Shown piece after piece: positions 52,201-64,000 of a stretch of DNA of 64,000 bases. Source of the stretch: the human T2T-CHM13v2.0 reference genome, Homo sapiens; assembly GCF_009914755.1 (NCBI RefSeq), contig NC_060948.1, one strand, 5' to 3'. Both the position numbers and the translations under genes were made by a program. Position 1 is the first letter of the stretch; each line of letters starts with the position of its first letter. The notes under the pieces were generated by a model, which made no database searches, had not been told where the DNA came from, and worked only from the letters and a program-made list of their open reading frames with translations.

Positions 52201-55200
52201 GTGTAGTGCAATGGAATGGAATGGAATGGAATGCAATGGAATGGAAAGGAATGGAATGGAATGGAATGGAATGGGATGGAATGGTATGGAATGGATAGTA
52301 ATGGACTGGAGTGAAATGGACTGGAAAGGAATGGAATCAAATTGAAAGGTCTCGAAAGGAATGGAGTCAAAAGGAATGGTGTGGAATGGAATGAACACGA
52401 ATGTAATGCAATCCAATAGAATGGAGTCGAATGGCATGGAATATAAAGAAATGGAATCGAAGAGAATGGAAACAAATGGAATGGAATTGAATGGAATGGA
52501 ATTGAATGGAATGGGAAGGAATGGAGTGAAATTGTATGCAGTAGAAGAGAATAGAATGGAATGCAAGCAAAAGGAAAGGAATGGATTGGAATGGAATGGA
52601 ATTCATTGGAATGGAAGGGAATGTAGTGTAATGGACAGGCCTGGAATAAAGTGGAATGCTACGGTCTCGAATGGAATAAAAATGTATGGAATGGAATGCA
52701 ATGAAACGGAATCGAATGTCATAGAATGTAATGGAATACAAAAAAATGGAATCCAAAATCATTGACTGGAAAGGCTGGGTGTCGAAAGGAATTGACTCCA
52801 ATGGAATGGAATCGAATGGAATGGAAGTGAATAGAATCGAACTAAATCGAATGGAATGGAATTGATAGGAACGGAATGGAAAGGAATGCAATGATTTGGC
52901 ATGGAATGGAATCGAATGGCATCGAATGGAATGGAATGGAATGCAATGGAATGGAATGTATTAGAATGTAATGAACTTTAATGGAATGTACTCGAATGGA
53001 TTCGACTGGAATGGAATGTTCTGGAAGTGAATGGACTCCAATGGAATGGATTCCAAAGGAATGGAATCGTACGGAATGGAATCTAATGGAATGGAATTAA
53101 ATGGAAATGAATCAAATTGAATAGCACGGAATTGAATTGAATGGAATCGAATGCAATGGAATCTAATGAAACGGAAAGGAAAGGAATGGAATGGAATGGA
53201 ATGGGCTGGAATGGAAAGGAATCGAAACGAATGGAATGGAATCGAACTGAAGAGACTGGAATGGAATGCACTGGAATGGAAGGGAGTGTAATGGAAGGTT
53301 CTCGAAAAAAATGGAATCGAATGGAATGGAATTGAATGGAACGGAATAGAGTCGAATGGAATTGAATGGAATGGAATGGACTAGAGTGAAATGGAATCGA
53401 ACCACAAGGAATGGACAGGAATAAAATGGTCTCGAATTGAATGGAATCGTATGGAATGGCATCAAACGGAATGGAATGGACAGCCACGGAATGGAATGCA
53501 CTCGAATGCAATGGAGTCGAAACTAATGGACTGGAATAGAATGGACTCGACTCGTACGGACTCCAATGGAATGGAATCGAATGGAAGGGAATCGAACGGA
53601 AGGGAATCGAACGGAATGGACTCGAAGGGAAAAGACTGCAATGGAAAGGTCTCGAATGGAATGGAAATTAATGGAATGGAATGGAATCGAATGAAATGGA
53701 GTCAAAAGGAATGGAATCGAATGGCAAGAAATCGAATGTAATGGAATCGCAAGGAATTGATGTGAACGGAACGGAATGGAATGGAATCCAAAGGAATGGA
53801 ATAGAATGGAATGGAATCGAATGGAAAGGACTCGAATGGAAATCACTCGAATAGAATGCAATTTAATAAAATAGGATCAAATGTAATGGAATGGAATGGA
53901 AAGGAATCGAAACGAAAGGAATGGAGACAGATGGAATGGAATGGAACAGAGAGCAATGGTATAGAATGGAATGGAATCATCTGGAATGGAATTGAATGGA
54001 ATGGAATAATATGAAATGGAATGGAATGGAATGGAATGTCCTTGAATTAAATGGACTGGAATGGAATGGACTCGAACAGAGTGGAATGGAAAGTGTTGAA
54101 ATAGAATGGAATGGACTCGTTTGGAATGGTGTAGTATGCAATGCAATCGACTGGCAGGGAATCAAAAGGAATGTAATCGAATGGATTGGACTGGAATGCA
54201 ATGGACTCGAATAGATTGGAAGCGGAATGCAAAGGAATGGAATGGAATAGTATGGAATGGAATGGAAAGGAATGGAGTGGAATAGACTAGAGTGGAATGG
54301 AATGGACTCGAAAGCAATGGACTGGAATGGAACTTTCTTGAATGGACTGGAATCAAACGGAATGGAATGCAATGCAATCAAATGGCATGGAATAAAATAG
54401 AATGAAAGAGAATCAAACGGAATTGAATCGAATGGAATCGAATGGATTGGAAAGGAATAGAATGGAATGGAATGGAATTGACTCAAATGGAATGGACTAG
54501 AATGGAATGGATTCGAATGGAAGGCAAAGGAATGGAATCTATTGGAATGGACTGTAATGGAATGGAATGGAAGGGATTGGAATGGACTCGAATGGAATGG
54601 ACTGCAATAGAAAGGATTCGAATGGAATGAAAAAGAATTGAATGGAATAGAACAGAATGGAATCAAACCTCATGAAATAGAATGGAATAGAAAGGAATGG
54701 AATGAAATCGAATGGAAAGGATTCGAATGGAATGCAATCGAATGGAATGCAATCGAATGGAATGGAATCGAACGGAATGGAATAAAATGGAAGAAAACTG
54801 GCAAGAAATGGAATCGAAATGAATGGAGTGTTAAGGAACGGACTCAAAAGGAATTGAATGTAATAGAATGGAGTGGAGTGGACTCGAATATAATGGACTG
54901 GAATGGAATGAAATCACATGGAATGGGAACGAATGGAATGGAATGGAAAGGAATGGAATCGAATGGAAAGGAATCGAATGGAAGGGAATGAAATTGAATC
55001 AACAGGAATGGAAGGGAATAGAATAGACGGTAATGGAATGGACTCGAATAGAATGGACACGAATGCTCAAATTGAATGGACTCGAATGGAATGGAAATGA
55101 AAGGAATGTCATCGAATGCAATTCAATCGATTGGAATGAAATCGCATAGGATGGAGTGGAATCAAATGGAATTGAATCGAAAGGAAAAGAAGCGAATTGA

Positions 55201-58200
55201 CTGAAATGAAATGGAATGGAATTGAATGGAAAGTAATGCAACGGAATAGAATGGAATGAAATTTCACGGAATGGAATCAAACTGAATGGAATCAAATCAA
55301 TGGAATATAATCAAATGGAATGGAAAGGAATTGAATGGAGTAGATTGTATTGGATGGGATTGGAATGAAATGTACTGGAAAGGACTCGAATTTCATGAAA
55401 CGGAATGGAATGTATTAGAACGGAATGGACTCGAATGGAATTGAATGTCACGGAATGGCATCAAATGGAATGGCATCAATTGGAATGGAATCGAATGCAA
55501 TGGAATGCTATGGAATGGAATGGAATGCATTGGAATGGAATGTCCTCTAATGGAATGGATTCGAGTGGAATGGAATCGAATATAATGGAGTCTAATGAAA
55601 TGGAATTGAAAGGAATGGGATCCAATACAATGGAATATACTGGAATGTAATGTAATGAACTCGAATGTAATTGACTGGAATGGAATGTACATGAGTGGAA
55701 TGTAATCGAATGGAAAGTAATCCAATGGAATAGAATCTAATGCAATAAAATCGACTCAAATAGAGTAGAATGTAATGGAATGGAGTGCAGTGCAATGGAA
55801 TGGAATGGAATGGGATGGAATGGTATGGAATGGATAGTAATGGACTGGAGTGAAATGGACTGGAAAATAATGGACTCAAATTGAAAGGGCTCGAAAGGAA
55901 TGGAGTCAAATGGAATGGTCTGGAATGGAATGAACACGAATGTAATGCAATCCAATAGAATGGAATCGAATGGCATGGAATATAAAGAAATGGAATCGAA
56001 GAGAATGGAAACAAATGGAATGGAATTGAATGGAATGGAATTGAATGGAATGGGAACGAATGGAGTGAAATTGTATGCAGTAGAAGAGAATAGAATGGAA
56101 TGCAAGCGAAAGGAAAGGAATGGATTGGAATGGAATGGAATTCATTGGAATGGAAGGGAATGTAGTGTAATGGACAGGCCTGTAATAAAGTGGAATGCTA
56201 CGGTCTCGAATGGAATAAAAATGTATGGAATGGAATGCAATGAAACGGAATCGAATGTCATAGAAGTAATGGAATGCAAAAAAATGGACTCCAAAATCAT
56301 TGACTGGAAAGGCTGGGTGTCGAAAGGAATTTACTCCAATGGAATGGAATCGAATGGAATGGAAGTGAATAGAATCGAACTAAATCGAATGGAATGGAAT
56401 TGATAGGAACGGAATGGAAAGGAATGCAATGATTTCGCATGGAATGGAATCGAATGGCATCGAATGGAATGGAATGGAATGCAATGGAATGGAATGTATT
56501 AAAATGTAATGAACTTTAATGGAATGTACTCGAATGGATTCGACTGGAATGGAATGTTCTCGAAGTGAATGGACTCCAATGGAATGGATTCGAAAGGAAT
56601 GGAATCTAATGGAATGGAATTAAATGGAAATGAATCAAATTTAATAGAACGGAATTGAATTGAATGGAATCGAATGCAATGGAATCTAATGAAACGGAAA
56701 GGAAAGGAATGGAATGGAATGGAATGGAATGGGCTGGAATGGAATGGAATCGAAACGAATGGAATGGAATCGAACTGAAGAGACTGGAATGGAATACACT
56801 GGAATGGAAGGGAATGTAATGGAAGGTTCTCGAAAAAAATGTAATTGAAAGGAATGGAATTGAGTGGAACGGAATAGAGTCGAATGGAATTCAATGGAAT
56901 GGAATGGACTAGAGTGAAATGGAATCGAACCACAAGGAATGGACAGGAATAGAATGGTCTCGAATTGAATGGAATCGTATGGAATGGCATCAAACGGAAT
57001 GGAATGGACAGCCACGGAATGGAATGCACTCGAATGCAATGGAGTCGAAACTAATGGACTGGAATAGAATGGACTCGACTGGTACGGACTCCAATGGAAT
57101 GGAATCGAATGGAAGGGAATCGAACGGAATGGACTCGAAGGGAAAAGACTGCAATGGAAAGGTCTCGAATGGAACGGAAATTAATGGAATGGAATGGAAT
57201 CGAATGAAATGGAGTCAAAAGGAATGGAATCGAATGGCAAGAAATCGAATGTAATGGAATCGCAAGGAATTGATGTGAACGGAACGGAATGGAATGGAAT
57301 CCAAAGGAATGGAATAGAATGGAATGGAATCGAATGGAAAGGACTCGAATGGAAATCACTCGAATAGAATGCAATTTAATAAAATAGGATCAAATGTAAT
57401 GGAATGGAATGGAAAGGAATCGAAACGAAAGGAATGGAGACAGATGGAATGGAATGGAACAGAGAGCAATGGTATAGAATGGAATGGAATCATCTGGAAT
57501 GGAATTGAATGGAATGGAATAACATGAAATGGAATGGAATGGAATGGAATGCCTTTGAATTAAATGGACTGGAATGGAATGGTCTCGAACAGAGTGGAAT
57601 GGAAAGTGTTGGAATAGAATGGAATGGACTCGTTTGGAATGGTGTAGTATGCAATGCATTCGACTGGCAGGGAATCAAAAGGAATGTAATCGAATGGATT
57701 GGACTGGAATGCAATGGACTCGAATAGATTGGAAACGGAATGCAAAGGAATGGAATGGAATAGTATGGAATGGAATGGAAAGGAATGGAGTGGAATAGAC
57801 TAGAGTGGAATGGAATGGACTGGAAAGCAATGGACTGGAATGGAACTTTCTTGAATGGACTGGAATCAAACGGAATGGAATGCAATGCAATCAAATGGCA
57901 TGGAATAAAATAGAATGAAAGAGAATCAAATGGAATTGAATCGAATGGAATCGAATGGATTGGAAAGGAATAGAATGGAATGGAATGGAATTGACTCAAA
58001 TGGAATGGACTAGAATGGAATGGATTCGAATGGAAGGCAAAGGAATGGAATCTATTGGAATGGACTGTAATGGAATGGAATGGAAGGGATTGGAATGGAC
58101 TCGAATGGAATGGACTGCAATAGAAAGGATTCGAATGGAATGAAAAAGAATTGAATGGAATAGAACAGAATGGAATCAAATCGAATGAAATGGAATGGAA

Positions 58201-61200
58201 TAGAAAGGAATGGAATGAAATGGAATGGAAAGGATTCGAATGGAATGCAATCGAATGGAATGGAATCGAACGGAATGGAATAAAATGGAAGAAAACTGGC
58301 AAGAAATGGAATCGAAATGAATGGAGTGTTATGGATCGGACTCAAAAGGAATTGAATGTAATAGAATGGAGTGGAGTGGACTCGAATATAATGGACTGGA
58401 ATGGAATGAAATCACATGGAATGGGAACGAATGGAATGGAATGGAAAGGAATGGAATCGAATGGAAAGGAATCGAATGGAAGGGAATGAAATTGAATCAA
58501 CAGGAATGGAAGGGAGTAGAATAGACGGTAATGGAATGGACTCGAATACAATGGACACGAATGCTCAAATTGAATGGACTCGAATGGAATGGAAACGAAA
58601 GGAATGTCATTCAATGGAATTGAATCGGTTGGAATGAAATCGCATAGAATGGAGTGGAATCAAATGGAATTGAATCGAAAGGAAAGGAAGCGAATGGACT
58701 GAAATGAAATGGAATGGAATTGAATGGAAAGTAATGCAATGGAATAGAATGGAACGAAATTTCACGGAATGGAATCAAACTGAATGGAATCAAATCAATG
58801 GAATATAATCAAATGGAATGGAAAGGAATTGAATGGAGTAGATTGGGTTGGATGGGATTGGAATGAAATGGAATGGAAAGGACTCGAATTTCATGAAACG
58901 GAATGGAATGAATTGGAACGGAATGGACTCGAATGGAATGGAATGACATGGAATGGCAAGAAATGGAATGGCATCAAAGGGAATGGAATCGAATGCAATG
59001 GAATGCTATGGAATGGAATGGAATGCATTGGAATGGAATGTCCTCTAATGGAATGGATTCGAGTGGAATGGAATCTAATATAATGGAGTCGAATGAAATG
59101 GAATTGAAAGGAATGGGATCGAATACAATGGAATATACTGGAATGTAATGTAAAGAACTCGAATGTAATTGAATGGAAAGGAATGTACATGAATGGAATG
59201 TAATCGAATGGAAAGTAATCCAATGGAATAGTATCTAATCTAATAAAATCGACTCAGATAGAGTAGAATGTAATGGAATGGAGTGTAGTGCAATGGAATG
59301 GAATGGAATGGAATGCAATGGAATGGAAAGGAATGGAATGCAATGGAATGGAATGGGATGGAATGGTATGGAATGGATAGTAATGGACTGGAGTGAAATG
59401 GACTGGAAAGGAATGGACTCAAATTGAAAGGTCTCGAAAGGAATGGAGTCAAAAGGAATGGTCTGGAATGGAATGAACACGAATGTAATGCAATCCAATA
59501 GAATGGAGTCGAATGGCATGGAATATAAAGAAATGGAATCGAAGAGAATGGAAACAAATGGAATGGAATTGAATGGAATGGAATTGAATGGAATGGGAAG
59601 GAATGGAGTGAAATTGTATGCAGTAGAAGAGAATAGAATGGAATGCAAGCGAAAGGAAAGGAATGGATTGGAATGGAATGGAATTCATTGGAATGGAAGG
59701 GAATGTAGTGTAATGGACAGGCCTGGAATAAAGTGGAATGCTACGGTCTCGAATGGAATAAAAATGTATGGAATGGAATGCAATGAAACGGAATCGAATG
59801 TCATAGAATGTAATGGAATGCAAAAAAATGGACTCCAAAATCATTGACTGGAAAGGCTGGGTGTCGAAAGGAATTGACTCCAATGGAATGGAATCGAATG
59901 GAATGGAAGTGAATAGAATCGAACTAAATCGAATGGAATGGAATTGATAGGAACGGAATGGAAAGGAATGCAATGATTTGGCATGGAATGGAATCGAATG
60001 GCATCGAATGGAATGGAATGGAATGCAATGGAATGGAATGTATTAGAATGTAATGAACTTTAATGGAATGTACTCGAATGGATTCGACTGGAATGGAATG
60101 TTCTGGAAGTGAATGGACTCCAATGGAATGGATTCAAAAGGAATGGAATCGTACGGAATGGAATCTAATGGAATGGAATTAAATGGAAATGAATCAAATT
60201 GAATAGCACGGAATTGAATTGAATGGAATCGAATGCAATGGAATCTAATGAAACGGAAAGGAAAGGAATGGAATGGAATGGAATGGGCTGGAATGGAAAG
60301 GAATCGAAACGAATGGAATGGAATCGAACTGAAGAGACTGGAATGGAATGCACTGGAATGGAAGGGAGTGTAATGGAAGGTTCTCGAAAAAAATGGAATC
60401 GAATGGAATGGAATTGAATGGAACGGAATAGAGTCGAATGGAATTGAATGGAATGGAATGGACTAGAGTGAAATGGAATCGAACCACAAGGAATGGACAG
60501 GAATAGAATGGTCTCGAATTGAATGGAATCGTATGGAATGGCATCAAACGGAATGGAATGGACAGCCACGGAATGGAATGCACTCGAATGCAATGGAGTC
60601 GACACTAATGGACTGGAATAGAATGGACTCGACTGGTACGGACTCCAATGGAATGGAATCGAATGGAAGGGAATCGAACGGAATGGACTCGAAGGGAAAA
60701 GACTGCAATGGAAAGGTCTCGAATGGAATGGAAATTAATGGAATGGAATGGAATCGAATGAAATGGAGTCAAAAGGAATGGAATCGAATGGCAAGAAATC
60801 GAATGTAATGGAATCGCAAGGAATTGATGTGAACGTAACGGAATGGAATGGAATCCAAAGGAATGGAATAGAATGGAATGGAATCGAATGGAAAGGACTC
60901 GAATGGAAATCACTCGAATAGAATGCAATTTAATAAAATAGGATCAAATGTAATGGAATGGAATGGAAAGGAATCGAAACGAAAGGAATGGAGACAGATG
61001 GAATGGAATGGAACAGAGAGCAATGGTATAGAATGGAATGGAATCATCTGGAATGGAATTGAATGGAATGGAATAATATGAAATGGAATGGAATGGAATG
61101 GAATGTCCTTGAATTAAATGGACTGGAATGGAATGGACTCGAACAGAGTGGAATGGAAAGTGTTGAAATAGAATGGAATGGACTCGTTTGGAATGGTGTA

Positions 61201-64000
61201 GTATGCAATGCAATCGACTGGCAGGGAATCAAAAGGAATGTAATCGAATGGATTGGACTGGAATGCAATGGACTCGAATAGATTGGAAACGGAATGCAAA
61301 GGAATGGAATGGAATAGTATGGAATGGAATGGAAAGGAATGGAGTGGAATAGACTAGAGTGGAATGGAATGGACTCGAAAGCAATGGACTGGAATGGAAC
61401 TTTCTTGAATGGACTGGAATCAAACGGAATGGAATGCAATGCAATCAAATGGCATGGAATAAAATAGAATGAAAGAGAATCAAACGGAATTGAATCGAAT
61501 GGAATCGAATGGATTGGAAAGGAATAGAATGGAATGGAATGGAATTGACTCAAATGGAATGGACTAGAATGGAATGGATTCGAATGGAAGGCAAAGGAAT
61601 GGAATCTATTGGAATGGACTGTAATGGAATGGAATGGAAGGGATTGGAATGGACTCGAATGGAATGGACTGCAATAGAAAGGATTCGAATGGAATGAAAA
61701 AGAATTGAATGGAATAGAACAGAATGGAATCAAACCTCATGAAATAGAATGGAATAGAAAGGAATGGAATGAAATCGAATGGAAAGGATTCGAATGGAAT
61801 GCAATCGAATGGAATGCAATCGAATGGAATGGAATCGAACGGAATGGAATAAAATGGAAGAAAACTGGCAAGAAATGGAATCGAAATGAATGGAGTGTTA
61901 AGGAACGGACTCAAAAGGAATTGAATGTAATAGAATGGAGTGGAGTAGACTCGAATATAATGGACTGGAATGGAATGAAATCACATGGAATGGGAACGAA
62001 TGGAATGGAATGGAAAGGAATGGAATCGAATGGAAAGGAATCGAATGGAAGGGAATGAAATTGAATGAACAGGAATGGAAGGGAATAGAATAGACGGTAA
62101 TGGAATGGACTCGAATAGAATGGACACGAATGCTCAAATTGAATGGACTCGAATGGAATGGAAATGAAAGGAATGTCATCGAATGCAATTCAATCGATTG
62201 GAATGAAATCGCATAGGATGGAGTGGAATCAAATGGAATTGAATCGAAAGGAAAAGAAGCGAATTGACTGAAATGAAATGGAATGGAATTGAATGGAAAG
62301 TAATGCAACGGAATAGAATGGAATGAAATTTCACGGAATGGAATCAAACTGAATGGAATCAAATCAATGGAATATAATCAAATGGAATGGAAAGGAATTG
62401 AATGGAGTAGATTGTATTGGATGGGATTGGAATGAAATGTACTGGAAAGGACTCGAATTTCATGAAACGGAATGGAATGTATTAGAACGGAATGGACTCG
62501 AATGGAATTGAATGTCACGGAATGGCATCAAATGGAATGGCATCAATTGGAATGGAATCGAATGCAATGGAATGCTATGGAATGGAATGGAATGCATTGG
62601 AATGGAATGTCCTCTAATGGAATGGATTCGAGTGGAATGGAATCGAATATAATGGAGTCTAATGAAATGGAATTGAAAGGAATGGGATCCAATACAATGG
62701 AATATACTGGAATGTAATGTAATGAACTCGAATGTAATTGACTGGAATGGAATGTACATGAATGGAATGTAATCGAATGGAAAGTAATCCAATGGAATAG
62801 AATCTAATGCAATAAAATCGACTCAAATAGAGTAGAATGTAATGGAATGGAGTGCAGTGCAATGGAATGGAATGGAATGGGATGGAATGGTATGGAATGG
62901 ATAGTAATGGACTGGAGTGAAATGGACTGGAAAATAATGGACTCAAATTGAAAGGGCTCGAAAGGAATGGAGTCAAATGGAATGGTCTGGAATGGAATGA
63001 ACACGAATGTAATGCAATCCAATAGAATGGAATCGAATGGCATGGAATATAAAGAAATGGAATCGAAGAGAATGGAAACAAATGGAATGGAATTGAATGG
63101 AATGGAATTGAATGGAATGGGAACGAATGGAGTGAAATTGTATGCAGTAGAAGAGAATAGAATGGAATGCAAGCGAAAGGAAAGGAATGGATTGGAATGG
63201 AATGGAATTCATTGGAATGGAAGGGAATGTAGTGTAATGGACAGGCCTGGAATAAAGTGGAATGCTACGGTCTCGAATGGAATAAAAATGTATGGAATGG
63301 AATGCAATGAAACGGAATCGAATGTCATAGAAGTAATGGAATGCAAAAAAATGGACTCCAAAATCATTGACTGGAAAGGCTGGGTGTCGAAAGGAATTTA
63401 CTCCAATGGAATGGAATCGAATGGAATGGAAGTGAATAGAATCGAACTAAATCGAATGGAATGGAATTGATAGGAACGGAATGGAAAGGAATGCAATGAT
63501 TTCGCATGGAATGGAATCGAATGGCATCGAATGGAATGGAATGGAATGCAATGGAATGGAATGTATTAAAATGTAATGAACTTTAATGGAATGTACTCGA
63601 ATGGATTCGACTGGAATGGAATGTTCTCGAAGTGAATGGACTCCAATGGAATGGATTCGAAAGGAATGGAATCTAATGGAATGGAATTAAATGGAAATGA
63701 ATCAAATTGAATAGAACGGAATTGAATTGAATGGAATCGAATGCAATGGAATCTAATGAAACGGAAAGGAAAGGAATGGAATGGAATGGAATGGAATGGG
63801 CTGGAATGGAATGGAATCGAAACGAATGGAATGGAATCGAACTGAAGAGACTGGAATGGAATACACTGGAATGGAAGGGAATGTAATGGAAGGTTCTCGA
63901 AAAAATGTAATTGAAAGGAATGGAATTGAGTGGAACGGAATAGAGTCGAATGGAATTCAATGGAATGGAATGGACTAGAGTGAAATGGAATCGAACCACA

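Larger units (their letters stand above)
40705..64000 (+). repeat. DYZ1: DYZ1 / human satellite 3 (HSat3) array, (GGAAT)n-derived ~3.54-kb unit, GGAAT on + strand
   Basis: Degenerate GGAAT pentamers throughout. The landmark AGGCCT (contains HaeIII GGCC) occurs at 45554, 49103, 52637, 56176, 59719 and 63243, with spacings 3549, 3534, 3539, 3543 and 3524. An EcoRI site (ggaattcattgg) lies just upstream of each. This fits the classical ~3.5-kb HaeIII/EcoRI Y repeat. Confidence 0.95.

Noticed and set aside
40756-63999. Numerous ORFs up to 275 aa rich in MEWNG or FHSIP
   Set aside because: These are the direct translations of (GGAAT)n and (ATTCC)n, which lack stop codons. They overlap in several frames on both strands and recur with the repeat period.
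40705-64000. HSat2, telomeric repeat or an internal inversion
   Set aside because: The sequence is dominated by GGAAT with a 3.5-kb period, and I saw no HSat2-type short repeat or TTAGGG runs. Both arrays keep one orientation throughout the window.

Overview
This window is primate satellite heterochromatin, almost certainly human Yq12, and I find no credible protein-coding or RNA gene in it. Bases 1-40704 are a tandem array of the ~2.42-kb DYZ2/HSat1B composite repeat. Each unit is a ~1.55-kb AT-rich block, a minus-strand diverged Alu and a ~0.58-kb HSATI-type block. There are 16 Alu-bearing units, one Alu-less deleted unit, and markedly more diverged copies near the edge. At ~40705 the array switches abruptly to the (GGAAT)n-derived ~3.54-kb DYZ1/HSat3 repeat, with about 6.8 units to the window end. 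All ORFs in the track are best explained as by-products of the repeats. I do not see a new gene system. The observations most worth following up are: three perfect in-register heat-shock elements per DYZ1 unit; a ~7.07-kb dimeric higher-order structure in DYZ1; a base-resolved DYZ2/DYZ1 junction with eroded units on both sides; an Alu-less DYZ2 unit; layered and mosaic DYZ2 subfamilies; and an exon-like segment in HSATI. Family names come from recognising the architecture, not from a database search. Coordinates were counted by hand.
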